From: an uncultured Candidatus Rokubacteria bacterium
GTDB lineage: Bacteria; Methylomirabilota; Methylomirabilia; Rokubacteriales; DASRDR01
Reading direction: 5' to 3'
DNA: 64,000 nt
Assembly: GCA_963805625.1 (NCBI GenBank)
Contig: CAWDVE010000012.1
Span: forward strand, 1 to 64,000
Shown here: positions 29,043 through 37,892 of the stretch, piece after piece
How the letters are laid out: every line of letters begins with the position of its first letter
Position numbering within the stretch: position 1 is the first letter of the stretch
Notes under the pieces: generated by a model
What the model was told of the DNA's origin: nothing
Seen by the model: only the letters and a program-made list of their open reading frames with translations
The model's database searches: none
Made by a program: the position numbers and the translations under genes

Positions 29043-29723
29043 TCAGGGGCCGAGGTTGATGAAGCAGTCGGGCCCGCTGCCGGTGGACCCGACGAGGTTT
29101 CGCGCCAGGACCGTACGGCGCAGCGCCAGCTGACCACTGAGTTGAAACAGCCCGCCACCGTCGCCCCCGGCCAAATTGTCCGAGTCGGCCAGGTTCCGGA
29201 CGATCCGGCTGTTCACCAGCGTCATGGCTCCATCATTGAAGGTTCCGCCGCCGGAGAAGGACGTGTTATCGCGGACGATGACGTGGTCGAGCGTGAGGTC
29301 TCCCTCGGTCTGGATCCCCCCGCCCGCGTCGCCCTGGTTCCCGCTGACGACGACGTTGTTGATGAGGGTGAGCGCGGCGCTGGGACCGACACGGAGACCG
29401 CCGCCCGAGCCGTTGTTGGGGGGATGCCCGTTCCGGATCGTCATCCCGATGAGGGTCACGTTGCTCGTGCCGACGACGTCGAGGTCGCCGCTCGTGTTGG
29501 CATCGTCGCCCGCCGCGCCGGTCAGGGTGATGACGCAGGCCGGCACATTGATCGTGTCCCCGGACGCCGCGGCCGTGATGTGGGCGCGCAGGGTCCCGGC
29601 CCCTGCGCTCCCGCAGCTGGTCTCGGTCAGCACGGCCGCCGCCGCGGGCCACGCGGTGGTGGCCAGGGTCAGCGCGAACATCACGCCCGAGAGCTTGGAT
29701 CGGATCCGGCGTCTCGCGATCAC
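29043..29723 (-). CDS. Secreted beta-helix (CSLREA/Pmp-like) protein, short and possibly truncated
   Basis: AAGGAG RBS, signal peptide, GTLRAHI, GDLDV, repeated N..GGG[IL] motifs. Confidence 0.6.
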   Translation of the reverse strand: MIARRRIRSKLSGVMFALTLATTAWPAAAAVLTETSCGSAGAGTLRAHITAAASGDTINVPACVITLTGAAGDDANTSGDLDVVGTSNVTLIGMTIRNGHPPNNGSGGGLRVGPSAALTLINNVVVSGNQGDAGGGIQTEGDLTLDHVIVRDNTSFSGGGTFNDGAMTLVNSRIVRNLADSDNLAGGDGGGLFQLSGQLALRRTVLARNLVGSTGSGPDCFINLGP

Positions 29724-29922
29724 GCGTGGAGCTCCTTTCTGCGCCGATACTGCCCGGCCGATCGGCCGCGGCAGTATAGCATGGGGCACCCGGCGCCCAG
29801 GGGCGGCGGGCTGGAGCGGGGACGTCGATCAGTCGGGGCAGACGCGCGGCGCCTGGCGCCGGACCGCGGAGCGCGGCCCGGACAAAGCCGATGACGCGGG
29901 GAGCCCGCCCGTCAGGCCGGGC

Positions 29923-32900
29923 TCACGGACACGGGAACTTGAAGAGCTTCACGTGGGGGCCGCCGCCCGGGCCGGGCGCGGTGACAATCTCGGCCTTGGC
30001 GTCGCCGTCCACGTTGCCCGCGGCCACCCGAACGCCGCCCACAAAGCCGCCGTCGTACACCAGCGACTCGGAGAAGGCGGTCGCGGCGCCGCCCGGGGCG
30101 ATGGAGAAGATCCGCACCAGCGGCGAGCCTCCGAGATGGGCGGTGATCAGCTCATTGCTGCCCTGAGCGTCCACGTTGCCGACGGCGATGGAGACGCCGC
30201 CCGCGAACGTCGCCTCGAAGGCGAAGAACCCGCCGCCGAAGGGCTCGCTGAAGTTGCCGGCCCCGTCGACGTTGAACAGCTTCACGTGCGGGCCCCCGCC
30301 CGGGCCGGGCGCCGTGATGACCTCGGGCGTCCCGTCGCCGGTGACGTCCCCGACGGCGAAGGTCACACCGCCGGCGAAGAGCGGGTCGTAGGCCATGACT
30401 CCGCCCCCCCGGCCCGTAATGGTGCCGGATGCGCTCACGTTGAAGACCCTGACGTGCGGCCCGCCACCGGGCCCCGGCGCCGTGAGGATTGCGGGCGCGC
30501 CCCCGATATTGGGCGCGAACCCGACCGACACCCCGCCCGTGAAGAGCGGGTCGTAGGCCATGACTCCGCCTCCGAGTTGCGTGACTGCGAAGTTCGACGG
30601 GTTGATCCGGAAGATCTTCACGTGCGGCCCGCCGCCCTCCCCAGGGCCCGTGATGATGGCCGGCGAGCCGCCGATGTTCGGGGCGAAGGCGACGTAGACG
30701 CCGCCGGTGAAGCTGGGGTCGTAGGCGAGGAAATCGGCCTTCGGACTGCCGTCGACCCCGACGACCCGGACGTGCGAGACCGCGCCTGGCCCGGCCCCGG
30801 TGATCACGACCGGGGTGGTGCTAACGGTGCCGAAGGCCACGCTCAGGCCACCTGAGAAGCCGGCCGGGTACGCGAGGAACCCGGGCCCGAGCTGCGAGAG
30901 GACCGCGTTGCCCTGGGCGATCGCCGTGGCCGACCCGCCGCCGCTCGGGCTGCCCGTCACCGTGTAGGTCGTCGGGCAGACCGGGGCCACGTCGACCATC
31001 CCCGTGTCACCGGACTGGGAGCCCACGTTTGGCGAGATCGTCACCCCGTTCACCCGCCGCATGGTCCAGGCCAGCACGGTCGGCAGCACGTTCGTGCCCG
31101 TGTCCGGCGTGGCGGTGAAGACCGGGGCGAAGCCGGGGCTGGACGGCGCCGTGTTGCCGGACGTCTCGCCCGGAGACAGGTTGTTGAAGGCGTTGATGCT
31201 CGTGACGTCCCCGAGCCCGCAGTTCGGCGACGTGTAGAAGTCGTTGCCCGCCGCAGGCGTGATGCGGTTGTTCTTGTAGGCCAGCATCGTGGGCCCCGTG
31301 ATTGGGCAGAAGTCCTCGCGGATCGTGAAGTTGCCGTTGTCGGCCAGATCGTTGTTCGAGATCGTTCCGAACGAGGCGCCGGTGCCCGCGACGTAGAACG
31401 CTCCGCCGCCCTTGGCGTCGACCGTCGAGTTCTTGTAGATGACCGACCCGGAGATGTTGACCACGCTGCCCTGATCGACGTAGAAGCCGCCGCCCAGGAC
31501 CCGCGCCCGGTTACCGGCGATCGAGGTGCTCGAGATGTTCGCCGTGGTCCCGCCGACGACCGCGACCCCCCCACCGACCTGGCCGGCGGGGCTGATCTCC
31601 TGGTTGTTGACCTCGTTCCGCAGGACCTGGGACGACGACATGGTGAGGATCGACGTGGCGGCATAGACGCCGCCGCCGAACCCGTTGGCCGTGTTCTCCG
31701 CGATCAGCGAGCCCGAGATTGTCATCGTCGTGACGCAGCCGAGCGGGCTCCCGCCGTTGCAGGTCCCGGCGATGCCGGTCGCCAGCACGCCACCGCCCCA
31801 CCGCGTCGCCTGGTTGTCGCGGACGACCGAGTCCGTGAGGGTCAGGATGACTCCCGGGGCCGCCGAGAGCACGTTGATCCCCGCGCCATTCCCGCCGGGG
31901 CCACCGGGGTCGCTCGCCACGTTACCCTCGATGATCGAGCCGCTGATGTCGACCCGGCTCCGAAGCGCGAAGATCCCGGCGCCGCTATTGGCGAAGTTGC
32001 CCCGGAAGGAGCTCCGGACGATGGTCACGACCACGTTGTCTTCGGTGGCGAGGCCGCCGCCCACGGCGTCCGGATCGCCCGCGTTGAACCGATTCGTCGC
32101 GTTCTCCGAGACCTCCGAGTCCTGGAGCAGCACCGTGGACGTCCCAAACGGCGACCCGTAGGAGCCGATGATCCCGATGCCCCCGCCCGCGAAGACGGAG
32201 CGGTTCTTCCGGATGGTCGAGCTCAGAAACGTCAGCGCGGAGTTGTTAGCGTGCACGCCTCCGCCGCTCCCGTGGGCCACGGCGTACCCGGACACATTGT
32301 TCTGGATGATCGTGTTCCGGAACGTCGGCCGGGACCCGCCGACGAGGATGCCGCCGCCGAACCGCGGGGCCGCGTTGCTGTCGAAGAGGCAGTTCTCGAA
32401 GACGGCATTCGAGTTCGCGAGGACGCCGCCGCCGCCATCCATGGCGGCCGAGTTCCCGAGGAAGTGCACGTTGGCGAACGTGGGGGACGAGCCGGCCACG
32501 GAGAAGCCGCCGCCGATGCCGGGGAACGCGCTGCCGACGCCGACCACCGCGAGGGATTCGATGCGGATCGTGCCGGTCGCGCTGTTCATGTTGAAGCCCG
32601 AGAAGCCGGTCCCGTTGCCGACCAGGGCCGTCGAGCCGGGGCCGGCTCCACGGATCGTCATCGACCGCGGGGTGTGCGCGATGTTCACCGCCTCGGGGTA
32701 ATGGCCGGCCGCCACGTCGATCACGGTGCCGTCCGGCAGCGCGCCGGACACGACCGCGTTGACCGCAGCCTGGATCGTCGGGAACTGCCCGGGGACCGTC
32801 ACGGCCTCGGCCCGTACGCTCAGAAGGAGCAGGGCCAAGACGCAAAATGTCATAGCGACCCGCAGCACGGTCAGAGTCCGCCCGGGGGCGGAAAGGTGGC

Positions 32901-32964
32901 CCTTCAAGCGGTCCAGGTGGTGTTGATCCAGCTGATTTCCTGATCCAAACCAGGAAGGTCCCAT
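29923..32964 (-). CDS. Large secreted protein: pectin-lyase-like parallel beta-helix plus C-terminal FG-GAP-like repeats
   Basis: Signal peptide ending AEA, VPGQFPTIQAAV, many N-x-A-x-x-GGG repeats, about 6 AYDPxFxGGVxV...GPGGGPHV repeats. Start uncertain (32964 or 32853). Confidence 0.85.
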   Translation of the reverse strand: MGPSWFGSGNQLDQHHLDRLKGHLSAPGRTLTVLRVAMTFCVLALLLLSVRAEAVTVPGQFPTIQAAVNAVVSGALPDGTVIDVAAGHYPEAVNIAHTPRSMTIRGAGPGSTALVGNGTGFSGFNMNSATGTIRIESLAVVGVGSAFPGIGGGFSVAGSSPTFANVHFLGNSAAMDGGGGVLANSNAVFENCLFDSNAAPRFGGGILVGGSRPTFRNTIIQNNVSGYAVAHGSGGGVHANNSALTFLSSTIRKNRSVFAGGGIGIIGSYGSPFGTSTVLLQDSEVSENATNRFNAGDPDAVGGGLATEDNVVVTIVRSSFRGNFANSGAGIFALRSRVDISGSIIEGNVASDPGGPGGNGAGINVLSAAPGVILTLTDSVVRDNQATRWGGGVLATGIAGTCNGGSPLGCVTTMTISGSLIAENTANGFGGGVYAATSILTMSSSQVLRNEVNNQEISPAGQVGGGVAVVGGTTANISSTSIAGNRARVLGGGFYVDQGSVVNISGSVIYKNSTVDAKGGGAFYVAGTGASFGTISNNDLADNGNFTIREDFCPITGPTMLAYKNNRITPAAGNDFYTSPNCGLGDVTSINAFNNLSPGETSGNTAPSSPGFAPVFTATPDTGTNVLPTVLAWTMRRVNGVTISPNVGSQSGDTGMVDVAPVCPTTYTVTGSPSGGGSATAIAQGNAVLSQLGPGFLAYPAGFSGGLSVAFGTVSTTPVVITGAGPGAVSHVRVVGVDGSPKADFLAYDPSFTGGVYVAFAPNIGGSPAIITGPGEGGGPHVKIFRINPSNFAVTQLGGGVMAYDPLFTGGVSVGFAPNIGGAPAILTAPGPGGGPHVRVFNVSASGTITGRGGGVMAYDPLFAGGVTFAVGDVTGDGTPEVITAPGPGGGPHVKLFNVDGAGNFSEPFGGGFFAFEATFAGGVSIAVGNVDAQGSNELITAHLGGSPLVRIFSIAPGGAATAFSESLVYDGGFVGGVRVAAGNVDGDAKAEIVTAPGPGGGPHVKLFKFPCP

Positions 32965-33131
32965 GTCAGCCCGCCTCTCCGAGACCACCAGGAATTTACC
33001 CAGCGGCCGTTCCACGGCCGCCCTCGGGCGCCTGCAGTCATGCAAGCCCCGAGCCTCCTTGGTCGTGGGCTTCGGCGGGCTGTGACATAAGGGGAAGGAC
33101 ACTTCCAGTATTATTACCGGGCACACGCGCC

Positions 33132-35729
33132 ATGGTGCCGATGACCGTCCTCCCCGCAAGGCTCCGGCAGACGGCCCGTCGCGTGATCACTTGGGGCAGC
33201 TCCCCACGGACCTGGGCGTGCCTGGCCCTCGCGGGCGCCCTCGCCGCAATGGTGGCGTCCCTGGTGGACCGGCGCGTCCTCTTCGAGCTCCGGCCGGCAC
33301 GCTATGCGGTATGGGTCGAGCACTTCGCCAGCGGAGTCCGGGCCGTGGACGTACGGACTCAGCCAGAAGCGGCCGACACCGATCTCCCCTACATCCTTCC
33401 CGGCCCGGCGGACTCGTGGGCCGGCGGGGTGCCGCACACGCTCCGATTCCGCTTGCCTGCCCGCCCCGATGGGCGCCTCGCGCTCGACCTTTGGGCCGTC
33501 GAGACGCACGACGAGCTGCCGCCCGTTCTGACGATCGCGCTGGACCAGGTGGTTGTGGCGGTCATCCACACGCGGCGGGGCACTGGCCGGCCGCCGCCCC
33601 ACCGGGAGCGCGGCGTGCGCTCCCACTACCGGGTGACCCTCCCGGCCGCCGCGTCGCGAGCCGCCGCCGAGCCCACGTTGACGATCACCACGACGTCAGG
33701 CTCGTGGATCATGTGGGAGCGGATCCGCCTCACGGAAGGTCGCCCGACGCCGGCGCTCGGCCACCTCGCTCGCGCCGGTCCACCCCCGCTGCTCCCCGCT
33801 CTCCTGCTGGGCGCGAGCCTCGCGGCGCTCGTAGGCGGCGCGGTCGTTGGAGCCCGTCACCCCCAGCCGGCCGACGCGATCCCCGCCCAGAGCGGCGCGG
33901 TCGTCGGAGTTCCCGCCGGGCTTCTCCTGGTGCTCCTCGGATGGGCGACAACGGCGCCCGACGCCGCAGGCGTCATCACTCGCGAGCCTCGATGGGTCTG
34001 GATCGCCTCGCCGTGGCTCTTGGTGGTCCTCCCGCCGGCGCTGGCCCGACTGAGCGCCTGGCGCGCACGTGTCGCGCGGGACGTCGCGCTGACGCCGGCC
34101 GCGGTCCCCCCGCCGCTCTCGCCCGGAGAGCTGGCGGGCGCGGGCCTCGCCTACACGACGCTGACGCTCCTCCTGACGCGGCCCGGCGCCGCCCGGTTCA
34201 CAACCCACTTCATGGCCGATGGCGGCGATGGCCTCAACAATGTCTGGGGGCTCTGGTGGGTCAAGACCGCCCTGCTCGGCGGCCAGTGGCCGTGGTGGAC
34301 CGACCGGCTCTTTGCCCCTGACGGCGTGTCGCTCTACTTCCACACGCTCGCCTTCCCCCTCGGCGTCCTGTCTCTCCCGTTCCAGGTCGTGTTCCCGATC
34401 ACGGTCGCCCACAACGTCGTGGTGATGGCGACCTTCGTGCTCGGCGGAGTGACGGCCTACGGCCTGGTGCGGTCCTGGATCCCGGACGCGAAGGCGGCCT
34501 TCCTCGCCGGCAGCCTCTTCACGTTCTCGCCGTTCCACTTCGCCCAGGGGATCGGCCACCTGTCACTGATCGCCGTCTTCTGGCTGCCTCTCTACGCGTG
34601 GGCGCTGCTCCGTGCCTGCGAGACCGGCACGCGGCGCCCCGCGGCCGTCGCGGGCGCCGTCCTGGTCGGCGTACTGCTCACCGACTACTACGCCACCCTC
34701 GACTGCCTGCTCGTGACACCGCTCGTCGCGCTGTGGCGGCGCGCCTGGCGGGGCCCGCTCCTGACGATGACCGCGTTCGGCGTGTTCGCCCTGCCCTTCG
34801 CGCTGCCGATGCTCTGGACCTGGTACAGGACGCCGTACGTGGGCGCCCACGATGCCACGGCGGCGTCGGCGGATCTCTTGGCCTGGTTCGTGCCGGGACC
34901 CGTCTCGCTTTGGGCGTCGATCTCCGCGCCGGTCTGGCGTCAGTTCAGCCTCAACGTCCCTTCGGAGAGCGGTCTCTACCTCGGGATCCTCCCCCTCGCG
35001 ATCGTGGCAGTGTCCCTGTCCGTTGGCGTCGCGAAGGTCTCGGCCCTGACGCTCGGCGCGGGGGTCTTCGCGCTGCTCGCCATGGGGCCCTGGCTCCACG
35101 TCGGGGGATGGATCTCTCCGGTGCCGCTCCCGTACCGGGCGCTCGAGGTCCTGCCGTTCCTGAAGCTCGCCGGGGTCCCGGCCCGCTTCGGTGTGATGGT
35201 GTACCTCTGCCTGGCGCTCGCAGTTGGCGTCGGGGTGGCGGCTCTGTGGCGGCGCCGATCCCCGCGTCAGCGATGGGGCATCTTTCTAACCTTGCTCGCG
35301 GCGCTGCTGCTCGACTACGCCCCGCAGCCCTACCAGACCGAGCGGTACGCCATTCCGCCCTTCTACGCCGAGCTCGGCCGGCAGCCCGACGAGGGCGAGA
35401 GCCTCATGGATCTGCCCCCGCACCCCCACTGGCCGTTCCCGCTCGGGATGCTCTACCAGACCGTGCACGGCCGGCGCCTCGTCGGCGGTCACGTGGCTCG
35501 GTTCCCCCGGGCTCAGTACGAGGCCTTCTACGCGCACCCGGTCATCCGGTTTCTCGCCAGGTCGGTGAGCTGCTCGGAAGTGCTCCGTCGCGACATGCTG
35601 AGCCGGCTTCGGCACGACCGGGTTCGTTGGATCATCGTCCGCCACCCCGAGCACCGCGCGCTCGGCGAGTGTCTCGAGATCCAGCCGACGATGCGGGACG
35701 GGATCATCGTGTTCGGCCCCCTCTGGTGA
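33132..35729 (+). CDS. GT-C/YfhO-like membrane protein with N-terminal CBM-like (PL4 domain III-like) domain
   Basis: LPGPADSWAG...GSWIMWERIRL soluble domain; GDGLNNVWGLWW, LFAPDGVSL, FTFSPFH, VPARF, YQTVHGRRLVGG. Confidence 0.72.
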   Translation: MVPMTVLPARLRQTARRVITWGSSPRTWACLALAGALAAMVASLVDRRVLFELRPARYAVWVEHFASGVRAVDVRTQPEAADTDLPYILPGPADSWAGGVPHTLRFRLPARPDGRLALDLWAVETHDELPPVLTIALDQVVVAVIHTRRGTGRPPPHRERGVRSHYRVTLPAAASRAAAEPTLTITTTSGSWIMWERIRLTEGRPTPALGHLARAGPPPLLPALLLGASLAALVGGAVVGARHPQPADAIPAQSGAVVGVPAGLLLVLLGWATTAPDAAGVITREPRWVWIASPWLLVVLPPALARLSAWRARVARDVALTPAAVPPPLSPGELAGAGLAYTTLTLLLTRPGAARFTTHFMADGGDGLNNVWGLWWVKTALLGGQWPWWTDRLFAPDGVSLYFHTLAFPLGVLSLPFQVVFPITVAHNVVVMATFVLGGVTAYGLVRSWIPDAKAAFLAGSLFTFSPFHFAQGIGHLSLIAVFWLPLYAWALLRACETGTRRPAAVAGAVLVGVLLTDYYATLDCLLVTPLVALWRRAWRGPLLTMTAFGVFALPFALPMLWTWYRTPYVGAHDATAASADLLAWFVPGPVSLWASISAPVWRQFSLNVPSESGLYLGILPLAIVAVSLSVGVAKVSALTLGAGVFALLAMGPWLHVGGWISPVPLPYRALEVLPFLKLAGVPARFGVMVYLCLALAVGVGVAALWRRRSPRQRWGIFLTLLAALLLDYAPQPYQTERYAIPPFYAELGRQPDEGESLMDLPPHPHWPFPLGMLYQTVHGRRLVGGHVARFPRAQYEAFYAHPVIRFLARSVSCSEVLRRDMLSRLRHDRVRWIIVRHPEHRALGECLEIQPTMRDGIIVFGPLW

Positions 35730-35736
35730 GGAGCGG

Positions 35737-37722
35737 TCACGGGCCCAGCCACCGGACGGGCTGGAGCGCCACGCCGAGGCGTCGCGTATCGCGGTTGAGG
35801 CCGAGCGCGGCCGGAACGAAGCTGTAGGCCACGCCGATCTCGAGCCGGACGGGGGCGCCGACGGGCCGGCCCACCGGGACGTCGAGCGTCCGCCACCCCG
35901 GGGTGTCGAGGCGAAGCCGGGCGACCGGCACTCCGTCGAGTCGCACGCGCACCTCCTGGGGTCGGCCGGTCCACCGGGGATCGGGCCCCGCGAGGGTGAT
36001 CCGCAGCGTCCGGCCTTCGACCGGGAGCGTGAGCCACGCGCCGCCCCCGGTCCACCGAAGGATGCCCTCGGACGGATGGAGGCCCCAGGCCGGGGCGATC
36101 GGCCACCGTGCGAGCGCGTGCAGCCGGACGCCGAGCAGCACCAAGACCACGATCCCGGCCGCGAGCAGCCATCGGCCCGGGACGCGCCGCAGGGGGCGCG
36201 CGGCTCCCGTGAGCCCGACCAGGAGGCCCAGCGCGATCCAGAAGTAGCACTGCATCGCGCGCATGAGGAAGGTGAACTGGAGCAGCCCGTAGACCAGCCA
36301 ACCCGTGAGGGAGACGAGGAGGAGCGCTGCCGCAGGCGGCGCGGTCCGCCGCCAGACGGCCCGGACGGCGTGCGGCAGGGTGGCGGCCAGGAGCCCGCCA
36401 AACCCGAGGAGCCCCAGCAGGCCCTGCTCGACTAGGAACTGCGCGTAGAGGAAGTGCGTCGACCAGGTGCCGAACTGCATCTCGGGCCAGGTGGAGTAGA
36501 AGCGGAAGAGGTTGAAGAAGCGGCCGGTGCCGATCCCTAGGAGCGGCTCCTCCAGGAAGATCCGCCAGGTCACGCCCAAGAGATGCGTGCGGACGATGTC
36601 GCCCGCCTGCCACTTGGAGACGAGCTGGCGGGCCACGCGGGGGCCGAGGGGGGAGAGCGCGAGAACCGCGGCGCCGGCGAGGAGGAGGACGGCCACCGTC
36701 GCCGTCATCGCCCGCCAGCGGACGCTCGCGACGTCGTAGCGCAGGCGTCCGGCGACCGCCAGGAGCAGGAGAAGATCGAGCGCCAGCACCAGGAAGGCGC
36801 CTCGCTGGCCCGTCAGCACGATCCCGAGGCCCCCCAGTGCCAGTGCCCCGAATCCGAGCGCCCGCGCCCATACCGGCGCTCGCTCGACCAGGACCAGCCC
36901 GGCCAGCGGCAGGTAGGACGTCGCGTACTGGGCGAAGTAGGACACGTTGAACCCGAACCCGGTGAATCCGCTCGTCAGCGGGCCGCCGATCCACGCGGTG
37001 AAGAAGCTGGCCCCGGGCCACGGATTCACGTGGTAGTGCCAGAGTCCGAATCCGACCACGGAGACCTGCACCGCCGCGACGGCGACCGACAGCCGGAGCA
37101 GGCGCTCCCGCGGCCAGTCCTCCCCGGCGACGACCACGTAGAGCGCGGCGCCGGCCAGGAGGGTCAGCACCATGTGGACGTAGTAGAAGCGGGTCCACAG
37201 CTCGCCGCGGACGATCAGCCGGAGGACGTCCCGCCACGGCGAGAGCTGGAACTCGAGCCACAGCTCGCGTCCATCGAGCGGCAGGGCGAGCACGGCCGAC
37301 GCGCAGAAGAGGGCCAGGAACGGCCAGCCCGGCGCGCGCAGCGGGCGGCGCCCCGCCAGGTGACTGACGGCCGCCCTGGCGAGCGTGAGGAGGAGGAGGC
37401 CCAGGAGGAGAACGAAGTACGCCCGGTGGTCCTCTCCGTTGAAGACCGGCGGCAGAAGGAACAGGAGGAGGACGCCGTTGCTCGCGCCGCAGCCGACCAG
37501 CCCCGCCGAGAAGAGGACGAAGGCCGCCGCCGTCAGCCGCTCCGACGTCGGGACCGGGACGCCGGCCGCCACCAGCGCCGCCGCCAGCGCCGCGATGACG
37601 CCGAGCCCGGCGGCGACCGCGAGCGGGTCGAGCGGGACGTCCCCGGCGAGGGCCCGGCGCCAGGCGCCGGGGCGACCCGTGCCCGAGCCCGCGACTGCCA
37701 AGGGCGGATTGGACGGTTCCAA
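35737..37722 (-). CDS. Second O-antigen ligase/Wzy_C-family protein with C-terminal soluble domain
   Basis: NVSYFA, TGQRGAF, PLLGIGTG, THFLYAQFLVEQG; C-terminal DTRRLGV. Start uncertain. Confidence 0.8.
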   Translation of the reverse strand: MEPSNPPLAVAGSGTGRPGAWRRALAGDVPLDPLAVAAGLGVIAALAAALVAAGVPVPTSERLTAAAFVLFSAGLVGCGASNGVLLLFLLPPVFNGEDHRAYFVLLLGLLLLTLARAAVSHLAGRRPLRAPGWPFLALFCASAVLALPLDGRELWLEFQLSPWRDVLRLIVRGELWTRFYYVHMVLTLLAGAALYVVVAGEDWPRERLLRLSVAVAAVQVSVVGFGLWHYHVNPWPGASFFTAWIGGPLTSGFTGFGFNVSYFAQYATSYLPLAGLVLVERAPVWARALGFGALALGGLGIVLTGQRGAFLVLALDLLLLLAVAGRLRYDVASVRWRAMTATVAVLLLAGAAVLALSPLGPRVARQLVSKWQAGDIVRTHLLGVTWRIFLEEPLLGIGTGRFFNLFRFYSTWPEMQFGTWSTHFLYAQFLVEQGLLGLLGFGGLLAATLPHAVRAVWRRTAPPAAALLLVSLTGWLVYGLLQFTFLMRAMQCYFWIALGLLVGLTGAARPLRRVPGRWLLAAGIVVLVLLGVRLHALARWPIAPAWGLHPSEGILRWTGGGAWLTLPVEGRTLRITLAGPDPRWTGRPQEVRVRLDGVPVARLRLDTPGWRTLDVPVGRPVGAPVRLEIGVAYSFVPAALGLNRDTRRLGVALQPVRWLGP

Positions 37723-37892
37723 TCGGAGGGTGGCGTCTCGGCCGGCGTGATCGACGCCGGTATTGTCGGTGCGTCCCGCGAGGGAGTCAAGCGCGGCGCG
37801 CAGGAGCGGACGGGCGCGCCCCCGCAGTCCGGCGATCCGGGGCCTCCGCCATTGGGTGTGGGCGCGTCTCCTCCCGCTCGGTAGCATTTCAG

